A DNA stretch of 64,000 bases from Chrysomallon squamiferum (Eukaryota > Animalia > Mollusca). Both the position numbers and the translations under genes were made by a program. Location: contig CM022665.1 in assembly GCA_012295275.1 (NCBI GenBank), forward strand, positions 16,120,001 through 16,184,000, given 5' to 3'. The notes under the pieces are model-generated. The model saw only the letters and a program-made list of their open reading frames with translations. It was not told where the DNA came from and made no database searches. Below are positions 36,801-49,945 of this stretch, in pieces (positions within the stretch are counted from its first letter, which is position 1; the number at the start of each line of letters is the position of its first letter).

Positions 36801-39189
36801 AACTGTATTTGAAATTTCAAACAATATATTGTACAGCCTACTGCTGTAAACATTGTAACAGTTCAGTTACCATGATAATTCTCTTAACTGTTTGAAAAGT
36901 GGTAGATTTGTTCCCTTTTCTTTATTAAAGAAATAGTCATAACAATGCAAAAAGATTTGCTGATACATATATTTTATTTAGTGTGAATATTTTGTAAGAT
37001 ATTAGTCATTATCTGTTATGTACATTGCTTTTTCACATTCCTTTTATCTGTCTTGTGATTCTGAAATAATTTGTCAGGTAGTTGAATTAATATCAAAAAA
37101 ATAATTACAATACTATTTCTCAGTTTGCATCATTAGCCATCTTAATAGGATTTAACTCTATACAGGTTTATATCCATTGTATGATGGAGATGTAAAATTT
37201 AGTTAGCTGTATAGGTCAAAATAAACAATAGATATAATTTTTATTTCTTAAAAGAACAAATGGAAGGTGAAATAAATAAAATACTGAATACATTTCTGGA
37301 AGGTTAAAATGAGACTATAACTTATAAAAAATCTAAAAATAGTAAATATGAGCTTTCATTTCCTGTGAGAAAACAGGGGTGGGGGAAAGAAATAAAATAT
37401 TTAATGTTATTTTTTGGTTAAAGTTAACTGAGAATGCAAGAAAATAGAGGGAAATAAATAATGAATACTAATTTTTTTAAAGATTAAGGCTATAACTTGT
37501 AGAGAAATTATAAATTGAAATATTTAAGATAAAAACAAAACATTTTGGTCTTTGCTGGTTTGTTTACAAGAGGAAATATGAATAACAAAAGTTTTGAATC
37601 TTTATCATAAGAAATAGTTCAGTAGCAAGGACCTGTTTTAAGATAAATACCAGCCCCATTGCTGTTTTTGATGTTTTTTAAATTTGATAGGTCAGATTTT
37701 GTTGATCTTTTAAGTTTCTGATTTAAAATGTTATTGTTAATGAATTGAATACAATTCATTTACATTTTAAAATTAACTTTATTTTTATTATTTATTTATT
37801 TATTTATTTATTTATGTGTTTGTTTATTTGTTTTTTGTTTATTTATATATTACTTATTTTATTTTTTGTTTAAAGTTGTTCAGAAGGTTTTATCCACATT
37901 TGAATAATAAATATTGTCTGAAATGATTACACATTTAAGTAAAAATATCAAATAATTTAAATTATATTCATTGGTAGTGTTATGTAAATTTTTATTGTTA
38001 AATTAATAACCCACCCAACCTTTGATAACCATATTTATTTAGAAACTGCTGTTTACAAGTGTTGTGTCAGTCAGCATATTATCTTAGAGTTAATACTTAA
38101 CATTATTATCTGGTATAAATTCATAACTATTAAAATTCCAGTTACCAATAGACTAAATTGCCACTGTTATTAATTAATTACAAATAAGTAAATCGTTATG
38201 ACCTAGACTTAAGGACACAATTATTTAAAATAATAACTGAAAAAACTTCAAGTTAATAAGTACAAGTGAAAAATACAAATTACACACTATTTATGTTTAT
38301 TATAGTTATATTTTCTTCTTTTTTTTAAATTTATTTATTGCTTGTTGTTTTAAAGAAATAGGGGGAAAAAAATATGGAAAGAGTTCTAAAACATTGTTAA
38401 TGATAAGACTGTTTAAATTGCTTTTGTTTCAGTTAATGCAAAATAATTTTTTTTTCACCTTTTTTTATCGAGTTTAATCCAGTTGTCAGAATATGAGGTA
38501 AGATTTTTATTTTTGAAAAAGTAAGTTAGATAATTGGATTGAGTAGAAAGAAAGATAAAAAAGAAAATAGTAAGAAAAAAAGAAAAGAAAAGAACGGAAA
38601 AAAGTATTTAAATTCAAGAAAAGAAATTAATATGTGCGTATCAAGTGTAGTGATCTTGATACTAATGGAGCTCAGCTGATTAAGGAGTGAAATGCCACAA
38701 AATCAAACATGAAGTCAGCTTCTTTATGACAATTTGCACTATGACAGTACCACTTGGAAATTAATTTTAACTACTGTTATTCATTTTCAAGGATATCATA
38801 AAAATAATGTATGAATCTGGAAAAAACAGTTTAAAATTTTTGAATTTACGAAATTTTAGTTAATCAGGTTTTAAACTGAAATTTATGGTGAGGTTTAAAA
38901 TTGATAATTTTTAACAGTTTTCTTTTGCATTTTCTCTTTTAATTAATAATTGTGACAAAACGACCTTTCAACCTCCACCTCAGTAACAACAACAACAACA
39001 AAAACACAAATTAGTTTCAAAATACTAATTATTTCAGCTAAATTTACCAAAGCTGATGTGAAATTAAAAACAGATTATTTTGTTGCAATAGACGTGCATG
39101 TGAGTATGTACAATATTTAATACTGGCTATTTTTATTGTTAGACAAATAAAGTGTTTCATCTTCTTGTTAAGAATGTTTGTCTCTCTTT

Positions 39190-39224
<35 letters not shown>

Positions 39225-39701
39225 TACACACACACACACACACACATATATATCAAAATATGGTTTGCATATTTGATTAATGACTGGAAGTATGTGTACT
39301 TTTTATATATGTTCATTTATTTTCCCAAGGGTGTGTGTAAATGTGCATATTTGTTGCATTTTAACATATATAAAATACTTTTATGACTGTCAATTCAAAT
39401 TTGTTTTTGCAATGATGTAAATAGACAAAAGTATGTATAAAATCAGGTTAATGCAAACGAAAATAAATAAAAATTGCTGTTTGCTTGATCACTGAAGAGA
39501 TAGACAAAAATATATACAAATGAAAAAAAAAAAAAATTGTAAATTATTACCTTAATTTTGATCTTGTATATTGTACAAAATTTTATCTGGTATTTTGGTT
39601 GTTACATCTTTTCAATAAGTATGCATATTTTTTATTGTACATTAGATATTTATTATTAAGTTAAAAAAGCTGTTTGTTTATTGTTGTTTAGTACACGGTC
39701 A

Positions 39702-39741
<40 letters not shown>

Positions 39742-40075
39742 ATAATAAAGCCTTTGGAAACCAGAGCCTGTGATGGTACCAGATTGGGCTTGTATTTTTT
39801 TTTGTTTTTGTTTATTTTTGTGCTTTTATCAGAATTTCAAGTGAATAAATATTAATACTCATATGTATTTAGGCTGATTAGAATAACAGTGTTTAATTCT
39901 TCATATAAAAACTGCAGAAAAGTGACATTTGCAAAGTAGATTATTTGTTTTCATTTTTGTTTTTTGTTTTTTCCAATTTAATTTTATATTGTTAAAGAAT
40001 TACTGTCAGTGCCATTACTTAACAGAATAGATTCTGTTGTTTTGGGGTTGTTGTTTCTTTGATCATGTGAAGAAC

Positions 40076-40116
<41 letters not shown>

Positions 40117-43100
40117 GCATACCTATATATGTATCTATATATAAACAAGTAATGTTAAAAACAATGGAATCTAGGATGCCATATATAATTACTGGTGAGG
40201 GATTCAGTAAAGTTTAATACATGCATTTAGTTTTAATTTAAAAAAAAAAAGAAAAAAAAAAAAAGATCTAATAATGTTGTGTCATGTCATGGTTTATCAA
40301 ATTAATGCATTGGTTGTTCAGATCACATCTAAACCCCACTCTACACAATTATCCATAAGAATATCCTGATCAACAGACATCTTGCTGATCAATCAAAATT
40401 TGACCAATCAAACATAAGTAAAGAACTGACTAAACTGATTTCTAGAGATAACTTACCATTTCGCTGCATTAATAAATAACAAATCTTAAAACTAGCTGGT
40501 GAAGTGATACTAATAATAGATAAAGATATCTTTCTGTTAAAATATTTTAATGTGACATGATATAAGGAAGGTGCAGATTTAATATCACAGATGCTATGAA
40601 TTACAACTCCAGAATGGAATCTTTTTTTTTTTTTTTTTTTTTTTTGACTTGGTTCAGGTTATTCTGACCACTGGTGCCATTTGGACTGGTTTGACAGCTG
40701 ATCCAATTTGGATCTATTAACTGATTAAATCCGTAAGATGCATGTTGTTACTGTCTTCTGTAAAAATTGGGAGAGTGGAAAATCCTCTTCTTTATTTGTT
40801 ACTATATCTTTTTAATTACTTAGATAGGAGAGGGTTGATGTTTTATGACCAGTGATGCACATTATTTTGTGCATCTGAAATACACCCACCTTAAAAAAAA
40901 AAAAACCCAGGTTCTGCTATGATCTTTTTCTTGCTTGACTTCTGTTATATATATTTTTATGACGTGAAATGTTTTCTGGTTGATCCTATTAATGTAGTCC
41001 CATTTTTAATTATTGAATTTACCAACATTGTGTGTTGGTATGGGCACAAGAAAGACAACTGGTTATAAATCCATTAAATTAATTAATACTACATATTATT
41101 TCAACACTATATATTGTTTAGCTGTTTTATGGATTTTTTTTTCCCCCAGTGGTTTTATAGATTTTTTTATATAAAACCACAAAAATAAAACCCAGTGTAC
41201 AGAACAGAAATATATCTTGGGTATTTATTTAATAATCTTGTACATTTGTTTTGTTATTTGTGGTAAATGCATTATGATAAAACTAAATTTTAGAACAGAA
41301 TTTGATCTGTCTTTGTTATTTCTAGTTTACATTGCAATACTATGTATTATTAAATTATTCTTATGTTATTTAGATAGGAAATTATTCAGAGATTTTGTAG
41401 ACTGTTCATATCACATATAAAAAAAAACTCAACTGTCATACAAAATAATTGTTTACAATATAGAACTGAAATACTGAAAATGATATATAAAATATTTCTA
41501 AAAAAAATATAATGAAACATTATCAGTATGTGCAGTAACCATAACATAATTACATTTGCACTTACACTAAATGTTTCATTACTAGCATCACACCAAATCA
41601 GTATAAAAAAGTTTCTTACTTAAAATGCATGAATATACATAAAATTAATAATAATAATAATAAAAAAAAGTTAGGACTGAGTCATAATGTATCGGCAACA
41701 AATGCCAGAGCTTCAAAAAGTCTGTTAATTACCACAAATTTTTGTTTCATTTAATAAGAATAAAATTGTCTAAAATTCTTTAGAGAAAACCCCATCAAAA
41801 ACCATGAAAAATTCTTGAGGAATAACATGTTTTCAGGGAACACTTTCTGAAGTTGTATAATAAATGAAACCACAGAATTAAAGATAAAAAAAAAAAACAT
41901 TGTAGGATCTGATGGTGTTAAAAATATACAATCTTACTGGTCCAGTTACCAGGCCTCGACCTATAAGGCATGCTGTGATTGGATAATTGACTGTTTCATA
42001 TATCTCTCACTGTCGTGACAGTACTTTGATCATATCAGACTTGTTACTATAAAATTATACTATCACATGGATCATATCATCTATGTTTAACAACACACTG
42101 ACAGACATACAGATGCGCACACAATTCTATTGTTTGTTCTTATATTTTTACTCATTTTTTTTCCAGATATTTTCATTTTCAGACCTAAATTTTAGATATT
42201 TGGTTCATTCCTAACCTTAATATTTATATTTATTAATTTATTTATTATTTTTTTTTGTCTTTGTAAGACACTATGTATAATGTTGTATTTCACCTCCTTC
42301 AATTGCCACTTTTTAAATCATGCTAAAATAAATAAAAGTGTTTCATGTTGTTTGTTGTCATAGCAACAAGAAATGTGTGTCATCAACTCTTGAAATAAAT
42401 AGAAAACAGTTTAGAACCATGTGTTACAGGCTAGTTTATGAAATAAAAAATGCTTTGAAATATATCTGCTATTTTGTTTTCTATTATTGGCATTGCTGTT
42501 ATTATATATATTCCATTCCAGTGTCATCATCATTGCCATTATTATTAACATTGTACTTAATCTTTTTATTTAATTATAGTATATGGTTACATTATAATTA
42601 ACATCATCATTTTTTAAATTTTATTTAACATTGCTGTTGCTGTTATTATTTACAGATTCAGCATAATTATCATTATTAACATTGTCATTGCCATTATTAT
42701 TTATGGTGTTGTCAGTAACATGCTGACAATACAAGTATTGTAACTATTATTGTATTATTACTGTTATCATTAGCATTATTGTTTTTGTTGTTACCGTTAT
42801 GGTGTAATTTATTACATGGTTACAGTATAATTATCTTTAAAGGGGTAGTTAGTGTATTTTATCTTGCATTCTCTATATAGTCTATTAACATCTATGAGAT
42901 ACAACCATAGATTAAATAAAACATTTCACTTATTTATTGTATATACTTGGCAGCTGTTTGTAACAATGTTAATATTTGCAAGGTCATGTTTTTGTTTTAA
43001 ATTTTGGATCCCCCATAAAAAAAATCTTGCACAGTGACCATCTGTCGATTTGTTTTACAGTTAAATTTACAGAAAAATGTTATTCTGGTAAGAAAACAAA

Positions 43101-43424
43101 CAAACAAAAAATGATCGAGATAAAGATATATAAAAGTATTCTTTATTTTAAGAAAGATGTAACATACATCAACAAATAATGTGTTACTGCAAAAGCCTTA
43201 AAAAGCATAACTACTAAAATATCATTAATCTCTGCATATAAAAACTTTTGGAAAACCATTTACAATTCTGTTCAGCATCACTGACAATGAAAGAGACATG
43301 ATTTATTAGAATATACAATTACTATTCACCTTGTGTGTTTCACATTTGTAATAATCACCGATCACCAGGCAATTCTGAAATTTAATTTACATTATTCACG
43401 TTACGTTAGTTTAAAAATAATTAT

Positions 43425-44324
43425 TCAGTTACTGTTTAATAATGAAACAAAATCATCTCCAGGGTTTAGTCCATAATGCATCTGTCCTGATTTAGCCCAC
43501 GCCCAAGCCATTCTCTCAGTTGTGAAGTGCACCCCTATGTTGCCATGGTTACTGACAGTAATGGCACCCCCTGACCCAGAGACTCGCTCTGCCATGTGTC
43601 TTAGTGCAGTCTCTGAAGCTTCTTGTGGTGACATCCCTGAAGAATTTAAAAAAAAAAAAACAATAAGAAACCAAAAGGATAAAGAAAAATATTTGAGAAT
43701 AAAATTAGCAACTTGTTTAAAAGGAATCTCAATAGAAGACATTAAAATAATAATAATAATCATAATCATAAAAATAAATTTTAATATATGTGTGTGTGTA
43801 AAAAATAAAACAAAAATAAGTAAACAAATGTTTGCAACACTTTTGTTTCATAATTAAAAAAAATAAAATGACCAAGATCTCCAAATTATCCTTGTTCAAC
43901 AATAAAAGTTACAAGGTACATTTGGTGAAAAAAAAGAGAAGATTTTAATAAAAAATAAAAATAAAGAAAAATATTAACAACTTGCTCCATAGCAAAACTA
44001 AAAAAAAAAAAATCCAAGCTGTACACCAAGTGTTAATTTAACTGCAAAAAATTCCAGTAGACATTATCTCACCTTGTTCCATGAGATGAATGATATTCTT
44101 AGCTAGACACACTTTGATAATAGCTTCACCATGTCCTGTTGTAGAAACTGCTCCTATCCTGTTGTCTGCATAACCACCACAACCTGCAATCACAGATATG
44201 TTTTATCTTCACAGCTGAAACAAAATGTCTGTTAGGTAAGAGCAGAAGTTGATCTGAAACACTACAAACAAGAAATGTTAATATACTTTAATGTGATTTT
44301 TGTGTGATTGTTTTCTGTATATAG

Positions 44325-44363
<39 letters not shown>

Positions 44364-44776
44364 ACTACAAAACTGGCAAAATTAGAGGTTGTGTGTAAAG
44401 TTTTATTTTATTCTGTTTATGAGGTTATCAGAAAGTGTGATCTGTATCAGAGGTGCTTGTACTGGAGGCTGTATCATCTAATATCATAATTCCAGAAATT
44501 GTATCACAAATTTTAACCTACACTGTATCAGAAGTTGAGTCTGCACTTGTATCAGTGTTTGCATCAGAGATTGTATCCAAGCCTGTATCAGAAGTGGGTC
44601 TGAGATTTTATCCCAGTTTGGTGTTTGAGGTTGTATCAGAAGTTGTGAACTTGGCTGTACCTGAATATCTCTAAGTTCTTATGAGACATTGTGTTTAAGG
44701 TTGTGTTAGTAGTTGGATTGTATCAGAAGTTCTGTCTGCTTCAACAGTTTTTTCCACACATTATACTTACATTTAA

Positions 44777-44817
<41 letters not shown>

Positions 44818-46097
44818 AAGAATGTAATTACCTACTATAGGTGAGTCCCCAACCCTTCCAGGACGTTTTGCAGTTATTCCTCCAGTTGATGTGGCAAATG
44901 CAACATTTCCACTCCTGTCAACAGCTACAGCACCAACTGTGTCATGACCATGGATGTTCTCTCTGTAAAAATGAATGTTATACCAAAGAAAAGGCTAATG
45001 CCTAATGGAGGGTTTTTTTTGTGGGATTTTTTTAATTATTATTATTTGTTTCCCCTCTTTTACTGTAAAATGAAGCACTGCTAATTGGTATAAGCAGTTC
45101 TTTGATTTTCTCGATATAAAATTTGTTGTCAGATTAAAAGGTCAGGCTGTGATTTCAGTGCACTTTGATTTGTTTCTTCATTGCACTCTGTATCAGTTTG
45201 TTTATTTAAGTCAGATAAAACCCTTCATACTTATCAGAGGTCAAAGTATAGGTTTTACAGTTTATGAGATGGTAGATAATGAGAGAAATAAGATACTAAT
45301 TAACTGTAGCAGTAAATAAAATGAAATTTTATTGAAAAAAGACACTGGTTTATCAAGTTTTTCTAATGAAATATATTATTGGTATAAACTATTTTAAAAA
45401 TAATATTTTATGTAAGAAGAGAATGTTGGTTTATAAAGCTTTTCAAATTAAAGGTATCTACGCATAATTATAAAAATGACAATTTATTTGAAAAAAAAAG
45501 AAGGCTGGTTTATAAAGCTTTCCAAATTAAATACAGGTAGATATAATTTATGTGAAAATTTATTTTTTCCAAATTAAATATACCTATATGCAATTATAAA
45601 AGTGAAGATTTTGTGGAGAAAGAAAAATTGGTTTATAAAACTTCTCAGACTTTGAATAACTGATTGTTAAGATTTAGTTGAGCTACTGTGTTCCTATGTT
45701 TTCGTATTAAAATGCTGCAGGTTTGTGTTGTGTATTTTACCTTGTTTTAAACAGATGATTTACAGTTGACTTGTATTTTCTGTAATATTCCAGTTCCCGT
45801 ACTGCTTCTTCAGTGACTAGTTTTTCTGTTGGGATGGTGTCAACACCCATTTCTTTAGCAAAGCAGTTAGCTCCCTTTCCCACCAGAAGCACATGATCAG
45901 TCTGTAGTGAAATTTATACAGATTATAAATATTTATGTTTACTGAACTATATACGTATGATTTCTAGTTCAGTAAAAATAAATACCTAAACACATGCAGC
46001 TTCTAATACATTCCTAGAAGCACATGATCAGACTCTGCAGAATATCAGAATATTTTTTTAAATTATATTATTATTATTATTATTTTTAATTGTTTGG

Positions 46098-46128
<31 letters not shown>

Positions 46129-46775
46129 CATAAATAATTTTATTTACTGAAGTACAAGTGAAAGTTCTAATATATTTCTAAATTTCTAAAGTTAATGTTA
46201 GGAAAATGTTATATTTTTTAAATTAGGGCTAGTGAAATTTGCAATATGTTCTTGAATTATGCAACAAGCTCTGAAACTTGTAAAAATATTATATGATACT
46301 GAACAAAATGTCACTATATTATAGATTATAAATATGAAGGGTTTTATCTGACTTAAGTAAACAAACTGATACAGAGTGCAATGAAGAAGCAATTTATCCA
46401 TTTTCAGTAAATCTAAATATACTGTTTGAAGCTATCCCCAAAATATTATTAACATTTATCCTAGTGGTAACCAGATCATTATTTGTCAATATAGTTTTTA
46501 AATTGATTTTAATCTTTTATAAAGTGTATTTTTTAAAATTATTATGATTATTATTATTTTATTTTTTTTACATATAAATAAATTGTATTTTTATATATAG
46601 GATATTAACAAAAACTTAATATTTCACATTGGTAAAAATATTAATATTTCACATTGGGAAATAAAACCCCTTCTTTTAATACTGAGAATTTCAAAATACA
46701 ATATTGTTCTTAAACATACCAAAAACAAAAAATAAAAGACGTAAAGCTAAATATATCTGTGTGCGTGTATGTATT

Positions 46776-46807
<32 letters not shown>

Positions 46808-48504
46808 TCTGTCATCACAAATTTCATGAACTGTTTTATTGAATAAACTACAGTAGCATTTTAAACACTGGTCTGCAGATCACAAAGAAATGTCTAAAGT
46901 TATTTTTCAGTGCACAAACAAACCTTATCCTTAACCATCCTGGCAAGTTTCACAGGATGTGCGATATTCTGTATACAAGCAACTGCTCCTACACTAAGGT
47001 CATTCCCATCCATGATAATAGCATCCATTTCAACTTCACCATCATTATTCAACACTGATCCTGTACCTGGGGAAAAAAAAAAAAAAAAAAAAAAAGAAAA
47101 AATAAATAGTATAAAATAATATTTTCATTGCAGAATAAACATTCTAAAAAATTAATAATTAGAAATTCAGTCTAAATCCCCCCACAACCCCTCCAAAAAC
47201 CCTCTGCTAAAATCATATTTCCATTAATGCTTTAAAAAACATCTTATAAAATGTTAAAAATACATTGCTGAATGAATTAAACATTATCTAAAAATGTTAC
47301 AATTATTTCCATAACAATTCAATCTAAACAGAAAAAACCCAACAAGGATTTATTCAACAACAATATAACAAACTGTGTATCTCGTATTTAAATGCTTTTG
47401 TTTTATTTTATTTGTTTGTTTATTAAGATAATGGAAAGATGCAGTGTCATGAACACTCCATTAGACTGACTGATATTACAACTTCAACAAAGACTCAGTC
47501 TGTGGCAATGAACTAAATAAATAAAGATAAATCATCTCAGTAAGAAAGACTGCTTTGAATTAATTTCAAAGTATAAATGACCACAGTAGTTTTCACTAAT
47601 CAGTAAATAATTATTTTATTATTAGTTAAGATTTTTTCTTTAATTATATAAGAATAAAAAAAAGCTTTATTGTCACAAAGTCAGTCAACTTCTATTTTTG
47701 CATATAGGGTCATTCTGTATCAAATCACCCAATGGGTTAAACCCGACCATCTCAGATTTTTATGAAACTTGATATACTTGTTGATTGGATCCCACAGCAC
47801 CAGATTTTAGGCCAATCAGACCAGTGGTTTGGGAGATATGGCCCCTGAATTTTGAGATTTTTGGCCAAAATGGGTGTGACCTTTAAACCCTCATATCTCA
47901 GGAACTACTGGGCTAATCTTCATAAAATTGGTATTGTTGAAAAGGCAATATGACAAGTATTCCAAATCAGTCATACATTTTTTTCGGCTGATTTGACATG
48001 GAATGGCTCTATAACATTAAAAACAAACATTTATCTTACCCTCTGATAAACTAGTTCTGGTGAGATGTCTTCACAACATTTGTATAAATTCATACTTTCA
48101 TATATAATGTAATGCACATCTGTTATCCCTTGTTAAACTAATTTTGGGGAACTTTATTAAAGAGAAAATGGTCCAATGTGTGCACTAAGAGGGATTAGTT
48201 TGTGACCTGTCAGAAATACTGACCTTTAAAACAACATACCACATGCCCCATTGAATTTCAAAAAATTCATCTGTTGTTGTAAACAAATTAAAATGTTTAT
48301 TTTCATACCAGCATCAAATACAGGATCATCTTCCAAAACACTGACAGCAGCTTCTACAGCACTGACTGCAGAACCACCTTTTGACAAGATGTCAGCACCA
48401 GTGATAACAGCCTTTTTCACTCCACTGATGCTTGCTTCTGTGAGGCTGTCAGGGATTCCCCAAGCTCCACCATGAACAATTATTACACGAGTATCTGTAG
48501 ACAT
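43425..48504 (-). CDS. ASRGL1: Isoaspartyl peptidase / L-asparaginase (Ntn-hydrolase, ASRGL1-like), 317 aa, 6 coding exons
   Basis: Exons on -: 48504-48309, 47066-46924, 45901-45741, 44962-44832, 44183-44073, 43636-43425 (954 nt incl. stop), GT-AG with consistent phases. Motifs [28 protein letters not shown], autocleavage site GHD|TVGAV, TSTGG, GRVGDSP, STTGHGE, GSGGAI. A splice acceptor lies 2 nt before the ATG, implying an upstream 5' exon. Confidence 0.95.
45174..46388. repeat. 56-bp inverted repeat pair (45174-45229 and 46333-46388) bracketing ASRGL1 coding exon 3
   Basis: TTCTTCATTGCACTCTGTATCAGTTTGTTTATTTAAGTCAGATAAAACCCTTCATA and its reverse complement, with one mismatch. Confidence 0.9.
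47707..48009. mobile_element. MITE with TA target duplication in the first coding intron of ASRGL1
   Basis: Flanked by TA on both sides. Imperfect 21-bp terminal inverted repeats: GGGTCATTCTGTATCAAATCA versus GAGCCATTCCATGTCAAATCA (reverse complement of the right end), 16/21 identical. More GC-rich than the host intron. Confidence 0.65.
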
Positions 48505-48967
48505 TTCTTAAAGAAAAAATATTGACATTTATTTACTCTTAAATACAAACATTAAAAACTACAAATTATCATCAAGAATAATTACTTATAATTAATAAAT
48601 AATAATCATTTAAAGCAAGGTGGTATAATAATAATAAATAATAATAATAATAATAATATTACAGGCATTTCATTATGAGTATCATTATCCCGTTTTTAAA
48701 TAATTTACTTTTTACCGTAGAAGATCAATTATGCACGTACACACTGAACTAGTTTGTGAAGGTTCACAGTGTTAAAAATACAAAAAAAAAAAAAAATAAT
48801 AATAATAAAAAAATAAACAACAAATAAATAAAGAAAAGTCCTCGATTTCAGTATACGTACAATATAAATGTTCCTTTCTTAGAGTTACTGCCCTTGAGCT
48901 TTCAACCAGATGCAATATCGAATATGAACTACAATTTGTAAATGTCCGGAAAATGTTAAACTAACAA

Positions 48968-49141
48968 TTAAAAGGTAGATGCTATATTTATCTGTTCCTC
49001 TGTTGCAGCTATTTTCTTTATTAACCTCTGTCTTTTATTTTGCAAATATCTCAAACGCCACGTTTTCAGTTTATACCCTACAAATATTCCAACGAAAAAT
49101 AACACAGTGTGTGATAACACCACTATTTTCGACGCAGCCAT
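48968..49141 (-). CDS. MTLN: Mitoregulin (MTLN/MOXI/LEMP)-like mitochondrial microprotein, 57 aa
   Basis: MAASKIVVLSHTVLFFVGIFVGYKLKTWRLRYLQNKRQRLIKKIAATEEQINIASTF*. Strong start context AAGATGG. A single TM segment with GxxxG is followed by a basic amphipathic helix. It aligns without gaps to my recollection of human mitoregulin (..GVLLGWQANRLRRRYLDWRKRRLQDKLAATQKKLDLA). Below the 60-aa ORF-track cutoff. Confidence 0.82.
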   Translation of the reverse strand: MAASKIVVLSHTVLFFVGIFVGYKLKTWRLRYLQNKRQRLIKKIAATEEQINIASTF

Positions 49142-49828
49142 CTTTTATTGGTAAATGATCCAGAGTGATTTCCCTTTAATTCCTGCAACAGGATAAAATT
49201 AAAAAAAAAAAAAAAAAAAAAAAAATCAGTAACGTACAAAAGATTATTTACTGTTGATCCAGTGAGGTCGCTTTGCACTTAAATATAAAAAAATAAAATA
49301 ATATTTTTTAAAAATAAATATAATATTAAATAATAATAGTGAAGTAAAATAAGCAGCAACAAAATATGTAGAACTGATCACTTACTTTTACTTCTTCATC
49401 ATATTAATTTTCACAATAATTATTTTTAAAAAAAAACCTGTAGCTCAGAAGATAACAGCTAGTTTAGACTTAACATTGTAAAGTCAGTGTGAATTGAACG
49501 ATAATTTGATCATTTCCGGAGCAAACTCGAGACAGGAAATAGAAATATTGAAATTGTGTCTGGACTGAAGACACTATGAAACAAAAATTCCCTTAATATA
49601 TAAATATGTTTTGTTGTTTTTTTTGTTATATTTCTTCGGATTACTGCCACTATTAGTTTATACAGATATATAGAACGGAAGTCACTAATCACGCCCCTTA
49701 TTTTTTGTTTTCTCTTTCACGTTGAACTAATTTGACTTTGAAAGTTAATTCAACTCATTAAAATAACTTTTTTTTTCATATATTTATTATAATTTTTTTT
49801 TATTATATAGTTTTTCTAATATCACAGT

Positions 49829-49907
<79 letters not shown>

Positions 49908-49945
49908 TGACCAAAAACTATATTTACCTCGATTAAAGCAAACTA

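Noticed and set aside
44453-44674. 73-aa V/S/E-rich ORF in an ASRGL1 intron
   Set aside because: It arises from a decayed ~12-nt TGTATCAGAAGT repeat, has a GTG start and shows no splice support.
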